DNA of 54,126 nucleotides from Candidatus Omnitrophota bacterium (GTDB lineage Bacteria; Omnitrophota; Gorgyraeia; Gygaellales; Profunditerraquicolaceae), in assembly GCA_049517335.1 (NCBI GenBank), contig JBEKSD010000017.1, positions 1 to 54,126 on the forward strand, in the 5' to 3' direction. The notes beneath the pieces were generated by a model. The model had not been told where the DNA came from, ran no database searches, and saw only the letters and a list, made by a program, of their open reading frames with translations. Numbering within the stretch: position 1 is the first letter of the stretch; the number at the start of each line of letters is the position of its first letter. This document shows positions 36,290 to 46,066 of this stretch, piece by piece. The position numbers were made by a program, and so were the translations under genes.

Positions 36290-36976
36290 ATGTTTATTAC
36301 TGCTATCCTCCTTGCCGCGGGCAAGGGCAGAAGGTTCCGATCCCCTATGTCTAAAGCTTTGGTTAAGATAGGCTCCCAGCCGTTAATAGCTTATTCATTA
36401 CAGGCATTAAACAGGCATCCTTCTATTAAAGAGATAATCGTTGTGGTTAATGCCGAGAACGTAAAAAGCATAAGCGGGATAATAAAAGCTTACAGAATAA
36501 AAAAAGTAAAGGGGATAGTAAAAGGTGGTTTACGCCGGCAGGATTCCTTAGGATGTGCGCTTAAAGTGCTGGATGAGCGAACAGAGCTGGTTTTAATACA
36601 CGACGCAGCCCGGCCCTTTATTGACAAAAAGCTTATTTCTTCGGCGATAAAAGGGGCGCAGAATACGGGAGCTTCAGTTGTCGCGGTTATGGTTAAGGCT
36701 ACGATTAAGATGGCAAATGGCGCATTTGTAAAGAAGACCCTAAATAGAGATAACCTGTGGGCGGTACAGACTCCGCAGGTATTCCGGAAAAGCATAATCG
36801 TTAAAGCGCATAAGCGTTTTGGAAAAATGGATGTGACGGATGATGCATCGCTGGTTGAAAAAATGAGGAAAAAAGTGAGATTAGTAGTCGGTTCTTATTC
36901 TAATATTAAAGTTACTACTCCTGAAGATATGGTCCTGGCTAAAGCTATTGCGGGGAAAAAATGGAATACAGGATAG
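36290..36976 (+). CDS. ispD: 2-C-methyl-D-erythritol 4-phosphate cytidylyltransferase
   Basis: LAAGKG, IHDAARP, QTPQ, TDD and NIKVTTPED motifs. Confidence 0.95.
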   Translation: MFITAILLAAGKGRRFRSPMSKALVKIGSQPLIAYSLQALNRHPSIKEIIVVVNAENVKSISGIIKAYRIKKVKGIVKGGLRRQDSLGCALKVLDERTELVLIHDAARPFIDKKLISSAIKGAQNTGASVVAVMVKATIKMANGAFVKKTLNRDNLWAVQTPQVFRKSIIVKAHKRFGKMDVTDDASLVEKMRKKVRLVVGSYSNIKVTTPEDMVLAKAIAGKKWNTG

Positions 36977-37443
36977 GCATAGGTTATGATATTCATCGTT
37001 TAGTAGAAGGCCGCCGCCTATTGTTGGGCGGTGTAGAAATCCCTTATATTAAAGGCTTGCTCGGGCATTCGGACGCCGATGTGTTAATACATGCTATTTC
37101 GGATGCGCTTTTAGGCGCGATGGGTGAACCTGATATCGGAGAGCATTTCCCGGATACAGACCCCAAATACCTTGGTATTTCAAGCGTTGAGTTGTTAAAA
37201 AAAGTCTTGGATATACTCAAAAGTAAAAAATACAGGATTTGTAACATTGATGCGGTGCTGGTCGCGCAGGAGCCGACGCTTGTCCCTTTTAAGGCTCAGA
37301 TCAGGAAGAAATTATCCGAAATTCTGAAGATAAAAGAAAATTGCTTGAATGTCAAGGCCAAGACTAATGAAGGTTTGGGCGAGATGGGAAATAAGGAAGC
37401 GATTGCCTGCTATGCAAACGCTTTATTATTAAAGGAGGGCTAA
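36961..37443 (+). CDS. ispF: MECDP synthase
   Basis: GYDIH, GHSDADV and KAKTNE motifs. Confidence 0.96.
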   Translation: MEYRIGIGYDIHRLVEGRRLLLGGVEIPYIKGLLGHSDADVLIHAISDALLGAMGEPDIGEHFPDTDPKYLGISSVELLKKVLDILKSKKYRICNIDAVLVAQEPTLVPFKAQIRKKLSEILKIKENCLNVKAKTNEGLGEMGNKEAIACYANALLLKEG

Positions 37444-37446
37444 ATT

Positions 37447-38136
37447 ATGAGCTTTCTGATAAATTTGATTTTTATACTTTTTGTTTTATTTGTTATTAAG
37501 ATGATCCTTATTGCCGTGTTCTTTCATGATGAAATAAAAGAGGCAAGGAAAAAGGACCCTGCGGCAAAGAGCTTCCTGGAAGTGCTTATTTTGTATCAGG
37601 GACTGCATGCCTTGGTGAGTTTTCGCGTTGCGCACTTTTTTTACAAACGGCGTTTGTTCTTTTTGGCCCGCTTCATTAGCCAGTATGCGCGGTTTTTAAC
37701 GGGAATAGAAATTCATCCCGGAGCACAGATAGGCAGGTGTTTATTTATTGACCACGGGATAGGCGTGGTTATCGGCGAGACGGCTATAATAGGCGATAAC
37801 GTGCTGCTTTATCAGGGGGTCACGCTTGGTGGGACAGGGCTTGAGCAAGGAAAAAGGCACCCTACGGTAGGAAATAATGTTGTCATCGGCGCAGGGGCAA
37901 AAGTGCTGGGTAATATTACCATCGGAGATAATTCGTACATCGGTGCCAACGCCGTAGTTATTCATGATGTGCCGCCGAACTCTACGGTCGTAGGGGTTCC
38001 GGGCAGGATTACCCGCCAGGACGGTAAGAAAATAGACATCAGCCTTGACCATATTCATATTCTTGACCCGATAATGCAGAATATAGAAGAACTGGAGAAA
38101 AGAATAGGGAATTTGGAACAAGGGCAACAGCTTTAA
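37447..38136 (+). CDS. cysE: Serine O-acetyltransferase
   Basis: [17 protein letters not shown] and GKRHP motifs. Confidence 0.95.
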   Translation: MSFLINLIFILFVLFVIKMILIAVFFHDEIKEARKKDPAAKSFLEVLILYQGLHALVSFRVAHFFYKRRLFFLARFISQYARFLTGIEIHPGAQIGRCLFIDHGIGVVIGETAIIGDNVLLYQGVTLGGTGLEQGKRHPTVGNNVVIGAGAKVLGNITIGDNSYIGANAVVIHDVPPNSTVVGVPGRITRQDGKKIDISLDHIHILDPIMQNIEELEKRIGNLEQGQQL

Positions 38137-38169
38137 AAATTTCAAAGTTACCATTTACGATTTTTTAAA

Positions 38170-39585
38170 ATGCCCATTTATATATATAACTCCCTTACGA
38201 GGAAAAAAGAAGAATTCCTTCCCATAAAACCGCCTGAAGTAAATATTTATACCTGCGGCGTAACCGTATATGACGAAAGCCATATAGGCCACGGCCGCAG
38301 CCTCTATATCTTTGATATAATTAGGCGGTATCTGGCCTACCGTGATTTCAAAGTTAGATTTATAAGAAATATTACCGATATAGACGATAAAATTATCAAC
38401 CGTGCCAATGAACTAAAAATAGACTGGCAGGGGCTGGTGAGGAAATATATTGACAGTTACTACGCAGACTTGAAAGTCTTAGGCGTTGAAAAAGGGGATG
38501 CTGAGCCGCGGGCAACGGAAAACATACCTGAAATGATTAAATACATACAGGGGTTAATTGAAAAAGGATTCGCCTACGAGGCAGGAGGCGACGTATATTT
38601 TAATGTGCGTAAATTTCCGGCTTATGGTAAGCTATCTGGCCAAAATATAGAGCAGATGGAATCGGGTGCGAGAATAGACCCCAGCGAGCATAAAAAAGAC
38701 CCGCTGGATTTCGCCTTGTGGAAAGCATCCAAGCTGGATGAGCCGTCGTGGGACAGCCCGTGGGGAAACGGGGGCAGGCCGGGCTGGCATATTGAATGTT
38801 CGGTGATGTCGCAGAAATTTTTAAAAACCGATACCCTTGATATTCATGCCGGAGGCCGTGATCTTATTTTCCCGCATCATGAGAATGAAATTGCCCAGGC
38901 AGAGGCACTCACGGATAAGCCTTTTGCAAAATATTGGATCCACCACGGTTTGTTGACTATCAACGGCCAGAAGATGTCAAAATCGCTAGGGAATTTTATC
39001 ACCATTAAGAATGTATTAGCTCGTTACCCGGCAGATATTTTAAAGATTTTTTATCTGCAGGCGCATTATTCTAGTCCGATAGACTTTTCATGGGGAAAGA
39101 TGGATGAGGCAAAAAAAGCATATGAACGAATTGATATTCTAATGAGGAGATTGGATAGGGAATTTGGGACAAGAGATTTAAGTAAAGTTATAACTGGAGG
39201 AATGGGGGCTATAGGACAATTTAAAGATAAATTCATTGAATATATGGATGACGATTTTAATACGCCGAGAGCATTATCAGTTTTATTTGATATTGTAAAT
39301 CGATGTAATATAGAATTGGATAGTAATGATGAATATAAAAACTTTAAGTTACGCTATGCCATGGATATAATAAAAGAAATAGCTGATATTTTTGGTTTAA
39401 CTTTTTCTAAAGAAGTATCAGGTGAAATATCGGATATGAAGATTGCAGTCGCTATAACATTGCGTGAACAGTTAAAGAAAGAAAAAAAATACTCCGAAGC
39501 AGATCAAATCAGAAGAGAATTGGAAGGTAGGGGAATAATTTTAGAAGACACTAAAGACGGCACTACTTGGCGTAGGAAAATCTAA
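38170..39585 (+). CDS. cysS: Cysteine--tRNA ligase
   Basis: CGVTVY...HIGH, PGWHIEC and KMSKS motifs. Confidence 0.97.
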   Translation: MPIYIYNSLTRKKEEFLPIKPPEVNIYTCGVTVYDESHIGHGRSLYIFDIIRRYLAYRDFKVRFIRNITDIDDKIINRANELKIDWQGLVRKYIDSYYADLKVLGVEKGDAEPRATENIPEMIKYIQGLIEKGFAYEAGGDVYFNVRKFPAYGKLSGQNIEQMESGARIDPSEHKKDPLDFALWKASKLDEPSWDSPWGNGGRPGWHIECSVMSQKFLKTDTLDIHAGGRDLIFPHHENEIAQAEALTDKPFAKYWIHHGLLTINGQKMSKSLGNFITIKNVLARYPADILKIFYLQAHYSSPIDFSWGKMDEAKKAYERIDILMRRLDREFGTRDLSKVITGGMGAIGQFKDKFIEYMDDDFNTPRALSVLFDIVNRCNIELDSNDEYKNFKLRYAMDIIKEIADIFGLTFSKEVSGEISDMKIAVAITLREQLKKEKKYSEADQIRRELEGRGIILEDTKDGTTWRRKI

Positions 39586-39641
39586 AAAAGAGTCAGAGCC
39601 AAATAGCTCTGACCTTAAAGAAATCCCCTAAGGAAAATAGA

Positions 39642-40157
39642 TTGAATAAAAAACGATTATTAATTCTTGTACTGGCAATGGGTTTAATATTTCCCGTTTT
39701 TGTTTCTGCTGAGACTGCATTGGATAAACATAAAGAAGCGAATAAGCTTATGCCGGAAGCGGCAAAACTTATCCGGGAAGGCAAGCTGGACGAAAGCTTA
39801 ATAATATTAAGACAGGCCATAGCTATTGCTCCGAAAGAACCCGATATGCATATGAATTACGCCAGCGTGCTTTTTATCAAGGGCCAGCGTTTTTTCCAGT
39901 TCGGGTTTAATGATAACGCAAAAAAAGTATTTAAGGAAGCGGAGGACGAATTAATAACGGCAATAAAATTATATAAGGGCAGCCCGGATAAGGATGCGAA
40001 GGATTTTTCCAAATCGCAGTGCTATTTTTTACTGGGCGATATTCAGCATTATGTGTATAAGAATGACGCAAGGGCGAAGTCACTATATCAAAAATCCCTG
40101 GAATATAATCCTAATCACGGGGGAGCGCTTGAGGCTTTAAAACGGATAAGTATATGA
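39642..40157 (+). CDS. Secreted TPR-like protein
   Basis: Signal peptide and TPR-like helices. Confidence 0.65.
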   Translation: MNKKRLLILVLAMGLIFPVFVSAETALDKHKEANKLMPEAAKLIREGKLDESLIILRQAIAIAPKEPDMHMNYASVLFIKGQRFFQFGFNDNAKKVFKEAEDELITAIKLYKGSPDKDAKDFSKSQCYFLLGDIQHYVYKNDARAKSLYQKSLEYNPNHGGALEALKRISI

Positions 40158-40768
40158 AGGGGAAATTCATAACATTTGAAGGCTCGGAAGGAAGCGGTAA
40201 AAGCACGCAGTCAAAGCTTCTTTATGAATACCTGAAAAAGAAAGGGTTTAATGCGGTTGTTTTGCGCGAACCGGGTGGCGTAAAAATAAGTGAAAAAATA
40301 AGGAAGATCCTGCTGGACGTAAAAAACGAATCCATATCGGAGATTTGCGAAATGCTCCTTTATATGGCGGCCCGTTCGCAGGTAGTGGAGAAATTGATAA
40401 ATCCGGAGCTGGAAAAAGGTAAAATAGTAATTTGCGACAGGTTTTTGGATTCCACAATTGCCTACCAGGGTTTTGGTTTAGGTTTGGATATTAAATCCAT
40501 AAAGTTTATCGGCGGTATAGCTACGTCCGGCATAAAGCCGGATTTGACTATCCTTTTGGACCTGCCGGTGAAAAAAGGCCTGCAGCACCGCAGGAATTCT
40601 TTAGACCGCATTGAAAAACGGGCTTTAAGTTATCATAAGCGAGTCAGAAACGGATACCTGAAGTTAGCCGCCTTAGAGCCGAAAAGGATTAAAATAGTAA
40701 AAGTGGAAAAAGATTTAAATTTGACTCAAAAAAGAGTGCGGGAACTGGTTGAGAAATATGTCATTTAA
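40154..40768 (+). CDS. tmk: Thymidylate kinase
   Basis: FEGSEGSGKST, REPGG and DRF..S..AYQG motifs. Confidence 0.96.
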   Translation: MKGKFITFEGSEGSGKSTQSKLLYEYLKKKGFNAVVLREPGGVKISEKIRKILLDVKNESISEICEMLLYMAARSQVVEKLINPELEKGKIVICDRFLDSTIAYQGFGLGLDIKSIKFIGGIATSGIKPDLTILLDLPVKKGLQHRRNSLDRIEKRALSYHKRVRNGYLKLAALEPKRIKIVKVEKDLNLTQKRVRELVEKYVI

Positions 40769-41762
40769 GGATATTTACGGGCAGGATAACGCTATAAGCC
40801 TTCTTAAGGGTTATCTTAATGAAGGCAGGCTTGAAGGCGGTTTTTTATTCAGCGGGCCCGAAGGCATAGGTAAGAGATTTTCAGCCGGAATCCTGGCTCA
40901 GGCAGCCAATTGCTTAAGGAATAATCTTGAATCCTGCGGCGATTGTCCGTCGTGCAAAAGAATAGCAAGCGGACAGCACCCGGACGTGCATTTTATTGAT
41001 GCCTCAACGCCCACAGACATTCTTACGGAAGGCTTGAATGATGAAGGCGCAACAGGCGCAATAAGGATAGGCCATATACGCCAGCTGCAAAAAAACATAT
41101 CTTACAAAGCATACGAAGGAAGGCTTAAGTTCTTTATTATTGATAACGCGCATAATCTCAACCCTTCGGCTTCCAATGCCCTACTTAAAGTATTGGAAGA
41201 ACCTCCTCAGGGCAGCGTGATTATTTTAATAACCGATAAGCCATTTCTTCTTTTTAAGACCATAGTTTCCCGTTGTAAGGCCATAAAATTCACCGCGCTT
41301 AACCGCCGGGTGCTTGAAAAAATACTTAAGGCAGATTACAATTTAGACAGTGATACCACGCATTTTTTGGCGTATTTTAGCGAAGGCAGGCTGGGCAAAG
41401 CCCTACGCCTGAAGGATACTGGAGTCCTGAACGAAAAAAATGCTTTAATTGATAATTTTATTCAGGTAAAGGATTTTAGATTGGGCAATCTCACCCTGCA
41501 AAAGCGGGATGAGGTCAGGGATTGCTTAAATATCCTCGCCGGATGGTTCCGGGATATTTATTTGTTAAAAATCGGCGCAGAAGGGTCAGGATTGATTAAT
41601 TCAGACCGCATCGGTGAATTAAAGAGGTCTCTGCCTTCCTTTTCGCTGAATAAATTAAATGAGATAATGGATGCAATATCCGAATCAATATTTTATTTAG
41701 AGAGAAACATCAATACGAAACTGCTGCTATATAATCTGAGGGCTGTCTTATGGACGGTTTAG
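40758..41762 (+). CDS. holB: DNA polymerase III delta' subunit
   Basis: GPEGIGK, C..C.SC, HPD, NALLK.LEEP and TIVSRC motifs. Confidence 0.93.
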   Translation: MSFKDIYGQDNAISLLKGYLNEGRLEGGFLFSGPEGIGKRFSAGILAQAANCLRNNLESCGDCPSCKRIASGQHPDVHFIDASTPTDILTEGLNDEGATGAIRIGHIRQLQKNISYKAYEGRLKFFIIDNAHNLNPSASNALLKVLEEPPQGSVIILITDKPFLLFKTIVSRCKAIKFTALNRRVLEKILKADYNLDSDTTHFLAYFSEGRLGKALRLKDTGVLNEKNALIDNFIQVKDFRLGNLTLQKRDEVRDCLNILAGWFRDIYLLKIGAEGSGLINSDRIGELKRSLPSFSLNKLNEIMDAISESIFYLERNINTKLLLYNLRAVLWTV

Positions 41763-42550
41763 TTTTAGTGAGGTTAAGGGATTCAGGCCAGGTGCATTTA
41801 TATAACCGGGGCAATTTGGAGGTTAAGGAAGGCGATTATGTTATCGTTGATCATGATCGGGGTCTTGATTACGGGATGTGCGTGCCTAAAAAAGAATATT
41901 GCCCTGTTGGCGAGAGTAAAGAGCAGCCGAGAAAAATTATCCGGCTTGCCCGCGAAAGCGATTTAAAGCAGATAGAGGATAACCGCGTAAAATCAAAGGA
42001 AGCTTTTGTCACCTGCGTCAGGAAAATAGAAGAGCATAAACTGGATATGAAGCTGGTGCGTTCGGAATATTCCTTTGACCGGACGAAAATAATCTTTTAT
42101 TTTACCGCTAATGGAAGGATAGATTTCAGGGATTTAGTCAAAGACCTGGCGAAAATATTCCGGGCAAGGATTGAGTTGCGGCAGATCGGCGTGCGCGATG
42201 AAGCGCGTATCTTCGGAGGATGTGGGCCGTGCGGCAGGGAGCTTTGCTGTACAAGATTCTTAAAGGATTTTGAGCCGGTGACCATTAAGATGGCCAAAGA
42301 TGAGGGGCTTCCTTTGAACCCTCCGAAAATCTCCGGCCTCTGCGGCAGGCTAATGTGTTGCCTCTCCTTTGAGTATGAAACCTATAAGATCCTCGCTAAG
42401 GGCCTTCCCCGCGAAGGCGAACGGATTACCACCCCTCAAGGTAAGGGTAAGGTTATCTCCGTGAATGTTTTTAAGCGCAGTGTAACTGTAGAACTGGAAG
42501 AAGGCGCCGTGGTTCAGATAAGTTATAAAGAAAAAGGGAATGAAAAATAA
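41750..42550 (+). CDS. PSP1/YaaT (RicT) family protein
   Basis: RIDFR.LV, RIELRQIGVRDE, CG..LCC and SG.CGRLMCCL motifs. Confidence 0.93.
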   Translation: MDGLVLVRLRDSGQVHLYNRGNLEVKEGDYVIVDHDRGLDYGMCVPKKEYCPVGESKEQPRKIIRLARESDLKQIEDNRVKSKEAFVTCVRKIEEHKLDMKLVRSEYSFDRTKIIFYFTANGRIDFRDLVKDLAKIFRARIELRQIGVRDEARIFGGCGPCGRELCCTRFLKDFEPVTIKMAKDEGLPLNPPKISGLCGRLMCCLSFEYETYKILAKGLPREGERITTPQGKGKVISVNVFKRSVTVELEEGAVVQISYKEKGNEK

Positions 42551-44066
42551 GTTTTATATTACTACGCCTATTTATTATGTGAATGCCGCCCCGCATATAG
42601 GGCATTCTTATACCAATATTGCCGCGGACACGCTTGCGCGTTTTTTTCGTCAGGCATTGGGTAAAGATAAAGTCTGGTTCTTAACCGGGACAGATGAGCA
42701 TGGTCAGAAAATACAAAAGGCATCTGATGAGGCAAAACTTACTCCTCAGGAATTTGTGGATAAAGTAGTAGTGCAGTTTAAGGGGCTCTGGGATAAGTTA
42801 AACATATCCAATAATGATTTTATCCGCACAACCGAAGCAAGGCATATAAAGACGGTCCAGAGAGCGCTGGAGATACTTTATGATAAAGGCGATATTTACG
42901 AGGGTAAATATGATGGGTGGTATTGCACGCCTTGCGAAACTTTCTGGCCTCAAACTCAAATTACTGATAATCTTTGTCCTGATTGTAAGAGGCCGCTTGA
43001 GAAGATAAGTGAAACCAATTATTTCTTCAATTTGTCTAAATATCAGGATTGGCTTATTGATTATATTAATAATCCAGCGCATATTAAATTTATTATGCCT
43101 AGCACCAGACAAAATGAGGTTATCCGATTTCTCGAAATTAATAAATTAGACGCTCTCTGTATTTCTCGTCCAAAAGAACGCCTCGGTTGGGGGATACCTT
43201 TACCCTTTAGCCCAAAACATGTTACTTATGTATGGTTTGACGCTCTTATTAATTATATTAGCGCCGTAGGAGAATTCGACAATAATAATAAGTACACCTC
43301 AAGGTGGTGGAATAATGATGTTCAGGTTGTACATTTACTCGGTAAAGATATATTAAGGCATCATGCCGTATATTGGCCGATTATGCTGGAAGCGCTGGGT
43401 ATCAGGCAGCCGGATACGATATTTGCCCATGGCTGGTGGCTGATTAATCAAGATAAGATGTCAAAATCACGCGGAAATGCCGTAAATCCGCTTGACTTGG
43501 TAAATCAATTCGGAATAGATGTATACCGGTATTTTCTTCTACGCGATGTGCCTTTTGGTCTTGACGGTAATTTTTCAGAAGAAGCGATTATAAAAAGATT
43601 TAACGCGGACTTGGCCAATGATTTGGGAAATTTAGTATATCGAACACTTACTATGATTGAGAAATATTATCAAGGCGCAATCCCCGCGCTTAATGTCTCG
43701 GAAATACAATATGATGAAAGCGGTGAAATAATTAAAAAGAAGATTTTTGATTTAAATCAGGTGACCTACACTCCTTTAAGCTGGAGTTTTGATTTTAGCC
43801 TATATCTTGAGAAAATCTGGGAACTTATTAATCTGACGAATAAGTATGTTGAAGAAACTAAACCATGGAATTTGGCAAAAGAAAATAGCGCCGAAGAGCT
43901 TAAGCGGTTCATCGTGCTTGAGGTTCAAGCAATAAGAGAAGTAGCCAAGTATATTTATCCTTGTATGCCCGATACTTCAAATTCAATTCTTGAACAGATC
44001 GGCGGTGCCTTCGTCAAAAAAGGAAAGCCATTATTCCCCAGAATAGACACAAAAATCAAGAAATAG
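42540..44066 (+). CDS. metG: Methionine--tRNA ligase (short form)
   Basis: ITTPIYYVN..PHIGH, YVWFDAL and KMSKS motifs. Confidence 0.96.
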   Translation: MKNKFYITTPIYYVNAAPHIGHSYTNIAADTLARFFRQALGKDKVWFLTGTDEHGQKIQKASDEAKLTPQEFVDKVVVQFKGLWDKLNISNNDFIRTTEARHIKTVQRALEILYDKGDIYEGKYDGWYCTPCETFWPQTQITDNLCPDCKRPLEKISETNYFFNLSKYQDWLIDYINNPAHIKFIMPSTRQNEVIRFLEINKLDALCISRPKERLGWGIPLPFSPKHVTYVWFDALINYISAVGEFDNNNKYTSRWWNNDVQVVHLLGKDILRHHAVYWPIMLEALGIRQPDTIFAHGWWLINQDKMSKSRGNAVNPLDLVNQFGIDVYRYFLLRDVPFGLDGNFSEEAIIKRFNADLANDLGNLVYRTLTMIEKYYQGAIPALNVSEIQYDESGEIIKKKIFDLNQVTYTPLSWSFDFSLYLEKIWELINLTNKYVEETKPWNLAKENSAEELKRFIVLEVQAIREVAKYIYPCMPDTSNSILEQIGGAFVKKGKPLFPRIDTKIKK

Positions 44067-44075
44067 GTTTTTCTT

Positions 44076-44837
44076 ATGTTAGTTGATACGCACTGCCACC
44101 TGGATTTTCCTCAGTTTGACGCCGATCGAGACGAAGTTATACGAAATGCCAGGCAAGGCGGTATTGGTTATATGGTTAATACCGCTTCTAGCCTTAAATC
44201 GTCTCAAAATTCCGTAGAGCTTGCCGCAAAATATGATTTTATTTACTCTACCGTCGGTATCCACCCGCACGAAGCCGATTCCGTTACTAAAGAAGACATT
44301 GAAGGAATAAGGAAGCTGGGGCAGAATAAAAAAGTGGTTGCCGTAGGAGAAATCGGGCTGGATTTCTATAAGGATTATTCTCGGCCCGCGAACCAGCTAC
44401 TGCTTTTTAAGTCTTTACTGGGCTTAGCCAAAGATTTAAACCTTCCGGTTGTAATACATACGCGCGAAGCAGGAAATGAAACGTTAAGAATATTAAAAGA
44501 GGTAATGCCTCTTAGGGCAGTAGTACATTGTTTTTCAGGGGACGAAGCCCTCTTAAAGCAATGCCTTGATTCGGGCTTTTATATTTCTTTTACCTGTAAT
44601 ATTACTTATAAAAAAGCCCAAAACTTAAGGGATATAGTTAAGCTGAGTTCATCTGATAAGCTGCTGTTGGAAACGGACTGTCCGTATTTATCCCCTGAAG
44701 GTATGCGGGGCAAGAGGAATACCCCTTTGAGCGTAAAAGTGTTGGCGGAGGAGGTTGCGCGTATTAAAGGTTTAAGTTTTGAGCAAGTCGCGCAGGCTAC
44801 GACAGATAACGCATTCAAATTTTTTAATCTTAAATGA
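44076..44837 (+). CDS. tatD: TatD-family DNase
   Basis: DTHCH, GIHPH, GEIGLD, HCF and ETDCP motifs. Confidence 0.93.
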   Translation: MLVDTHCHLDFPQFDADRDEVIRNARQGGIGYMVNTASSLKSSQNSVELAAKYDFIYSTVGIHPHEADSVTKEDIEGIRKLGQNKKVVAVGEIGLDFYKDYSRPANQLLLFKSLLGLAKDLNLPVVIHTREAGNETLRILKEVMPLRAVVHCFSGDEALLKQCLDSGFYISFTCNITYKKAQNLRDIVKLSSSDKLLLETDCPYLSPEGMRGKRNTPLSVKVLAEEVARIKGLSFEQVAQATTDNAFKFFNLK

Positions 44838-45952
44838 GCTCTAAAGTTACAATCGTAAGATGTGCAAGCTATGAACCGGCCTTAGTGCAGGTCTCGGTTG
44901 AGCGGGCAATAGGCTTATTAGGCGGGATAACGCAGTTTATTAAGCCTACAAGTAAAGTCTTAGTTAAGCCGAACCTTCTGATGGCCAAAGAGCCGGAGTT
45001 TGGCATTGATACCCATCCTGAAGTTATGCGCGCGGTTATTAAGGTTTTAAAGCAGATTAATTGCAAGATTACCGTTGGCGACGGTCCGAGCGTGTGGGGA
45101 AACCAGATTGAGAATGTAGATGAAGTTTATAGGCGTTCGGGTGTTGAGAAAGTTTGCACTGAAGAGGAGGTTAGGCTGGTTAAATTTGATAAACGCAGGA
45201 TGCGTAAAAATTTTCCCCTGACTACCGAGCTTGATGAATGCGACCATCTGGTCAATATCCCTAAGTTTAAGACCCATGACCTGACCCTTTTGACCGGAGC
45301 CGTAAAGAATTTATTCGGCCTTATTTCTGGGACCTTTAAAACGGAACTACATAAGAAGCATTTTGAGGCAGGCGATTTTGCAAGAGTCCTTGTGGATATC
45401 TTTGAAGAAGCCCGTCCCAGCCTTACTTTAATCGACGGGATAACGGCGATGGAAGGGGACGGCCCGGCAACAAGCGGCAAATTGCGCGATTTAAATCTCA
45501 TTCTTGCCTCATCCGACTGCGTTGCTTTGGACGCGCTAATGGCTTTGATTATTGGCGTTACGCCAGAGAGCGTTTTGTCAACTAAAGAGGCTGGCGCAAG
45601 AGGCTTAGGAGAAGCGGATATTAAAAACATTCAGGTATTGGGAGAAAAGCTGGAGGACATAATTGGCAAGCCATTTATTCTGCCCGCAACTTCTCTTACT
45701 AAGAAAGTCCCCAAGCCGGTGGCGTATCTTGCGCGTCACCTCATTAAATATCATCCTTATGTAAAAGATGAGAATTGTATCAGGTGCCTGGCTTGTGTAG
45801 ATGCCTGTCCTAATGGTGTAATAAGCCTTAAAAAGGGGAAAATAGTTTTTGATTATTCAAAATGTATTTCTTGCTTTTGCTGCCAGGAGGCCTGTCCTTC
45901 TTCGGCGATTAAAGTAAAGAAAAGTTTATTGGCAAAAATCATAGGATTATAA
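44834..45952 (+). CDS. DUF362 protein with C-terminal 2x[4Fe-4S]
   Basis: VKPNL, KFKTH, GAVKN and MEGDGP motifs plus two CxxCxxCxxxCP. Confidence 0.88.
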   Translation: MSSKVTIVRCASYEPALVQVSVERAIGLLGGITQFIKPTSKVLVKPNLLMAKEPEFGIDTHPEVMRAVIKVLKQINCKITVGDGPSVWGNQIENVDEVYRRSGVEKVCTEEEVRLVKFDKRRMRKNFPLTTELDECDHLVNIPKFKTHDLTLLTGAVKNLFGLISGTFKTELHKKHFEAGDFARVLVDIFEEARPSLTLIDGITAMEGDGPATSGKLRDLNLILASSDCVALDALMALIIGVTPESVLSTKEAGARGLGEADIKNIQVLGEKLEDIIGKPFILPATSLTKKVPKPVAYLARHLIKYHPYVKDENCIRCLACVDACPNGVISLKKGKIVFDYSKCISCFCCQEACPSSAIKVKKSLLAKIIGL

Positions 45953-45961
45953 TAGTTGTAT

Positions 45962-46053
45962 TTTTAGCGGGTCCTGTTTGTCGAGCTAGCTCGCTGTGCT
46001 CACTGACGTTACGCGCGGTAAGGCCTTCGGTTCGTCAGCCACCCCGCTGAAAA
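45962..46053. other. Intergenic GC-rich branched hairpin
   Basis: TTTTAGCGGG/CCCGCTGAAAA closing stem, palindrome CGAGCTAGCTCG and stem CTGACG/CGTCAG. Confidence 0.5.
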
Positions 46054-46066
46054 TACCAATAAGATT

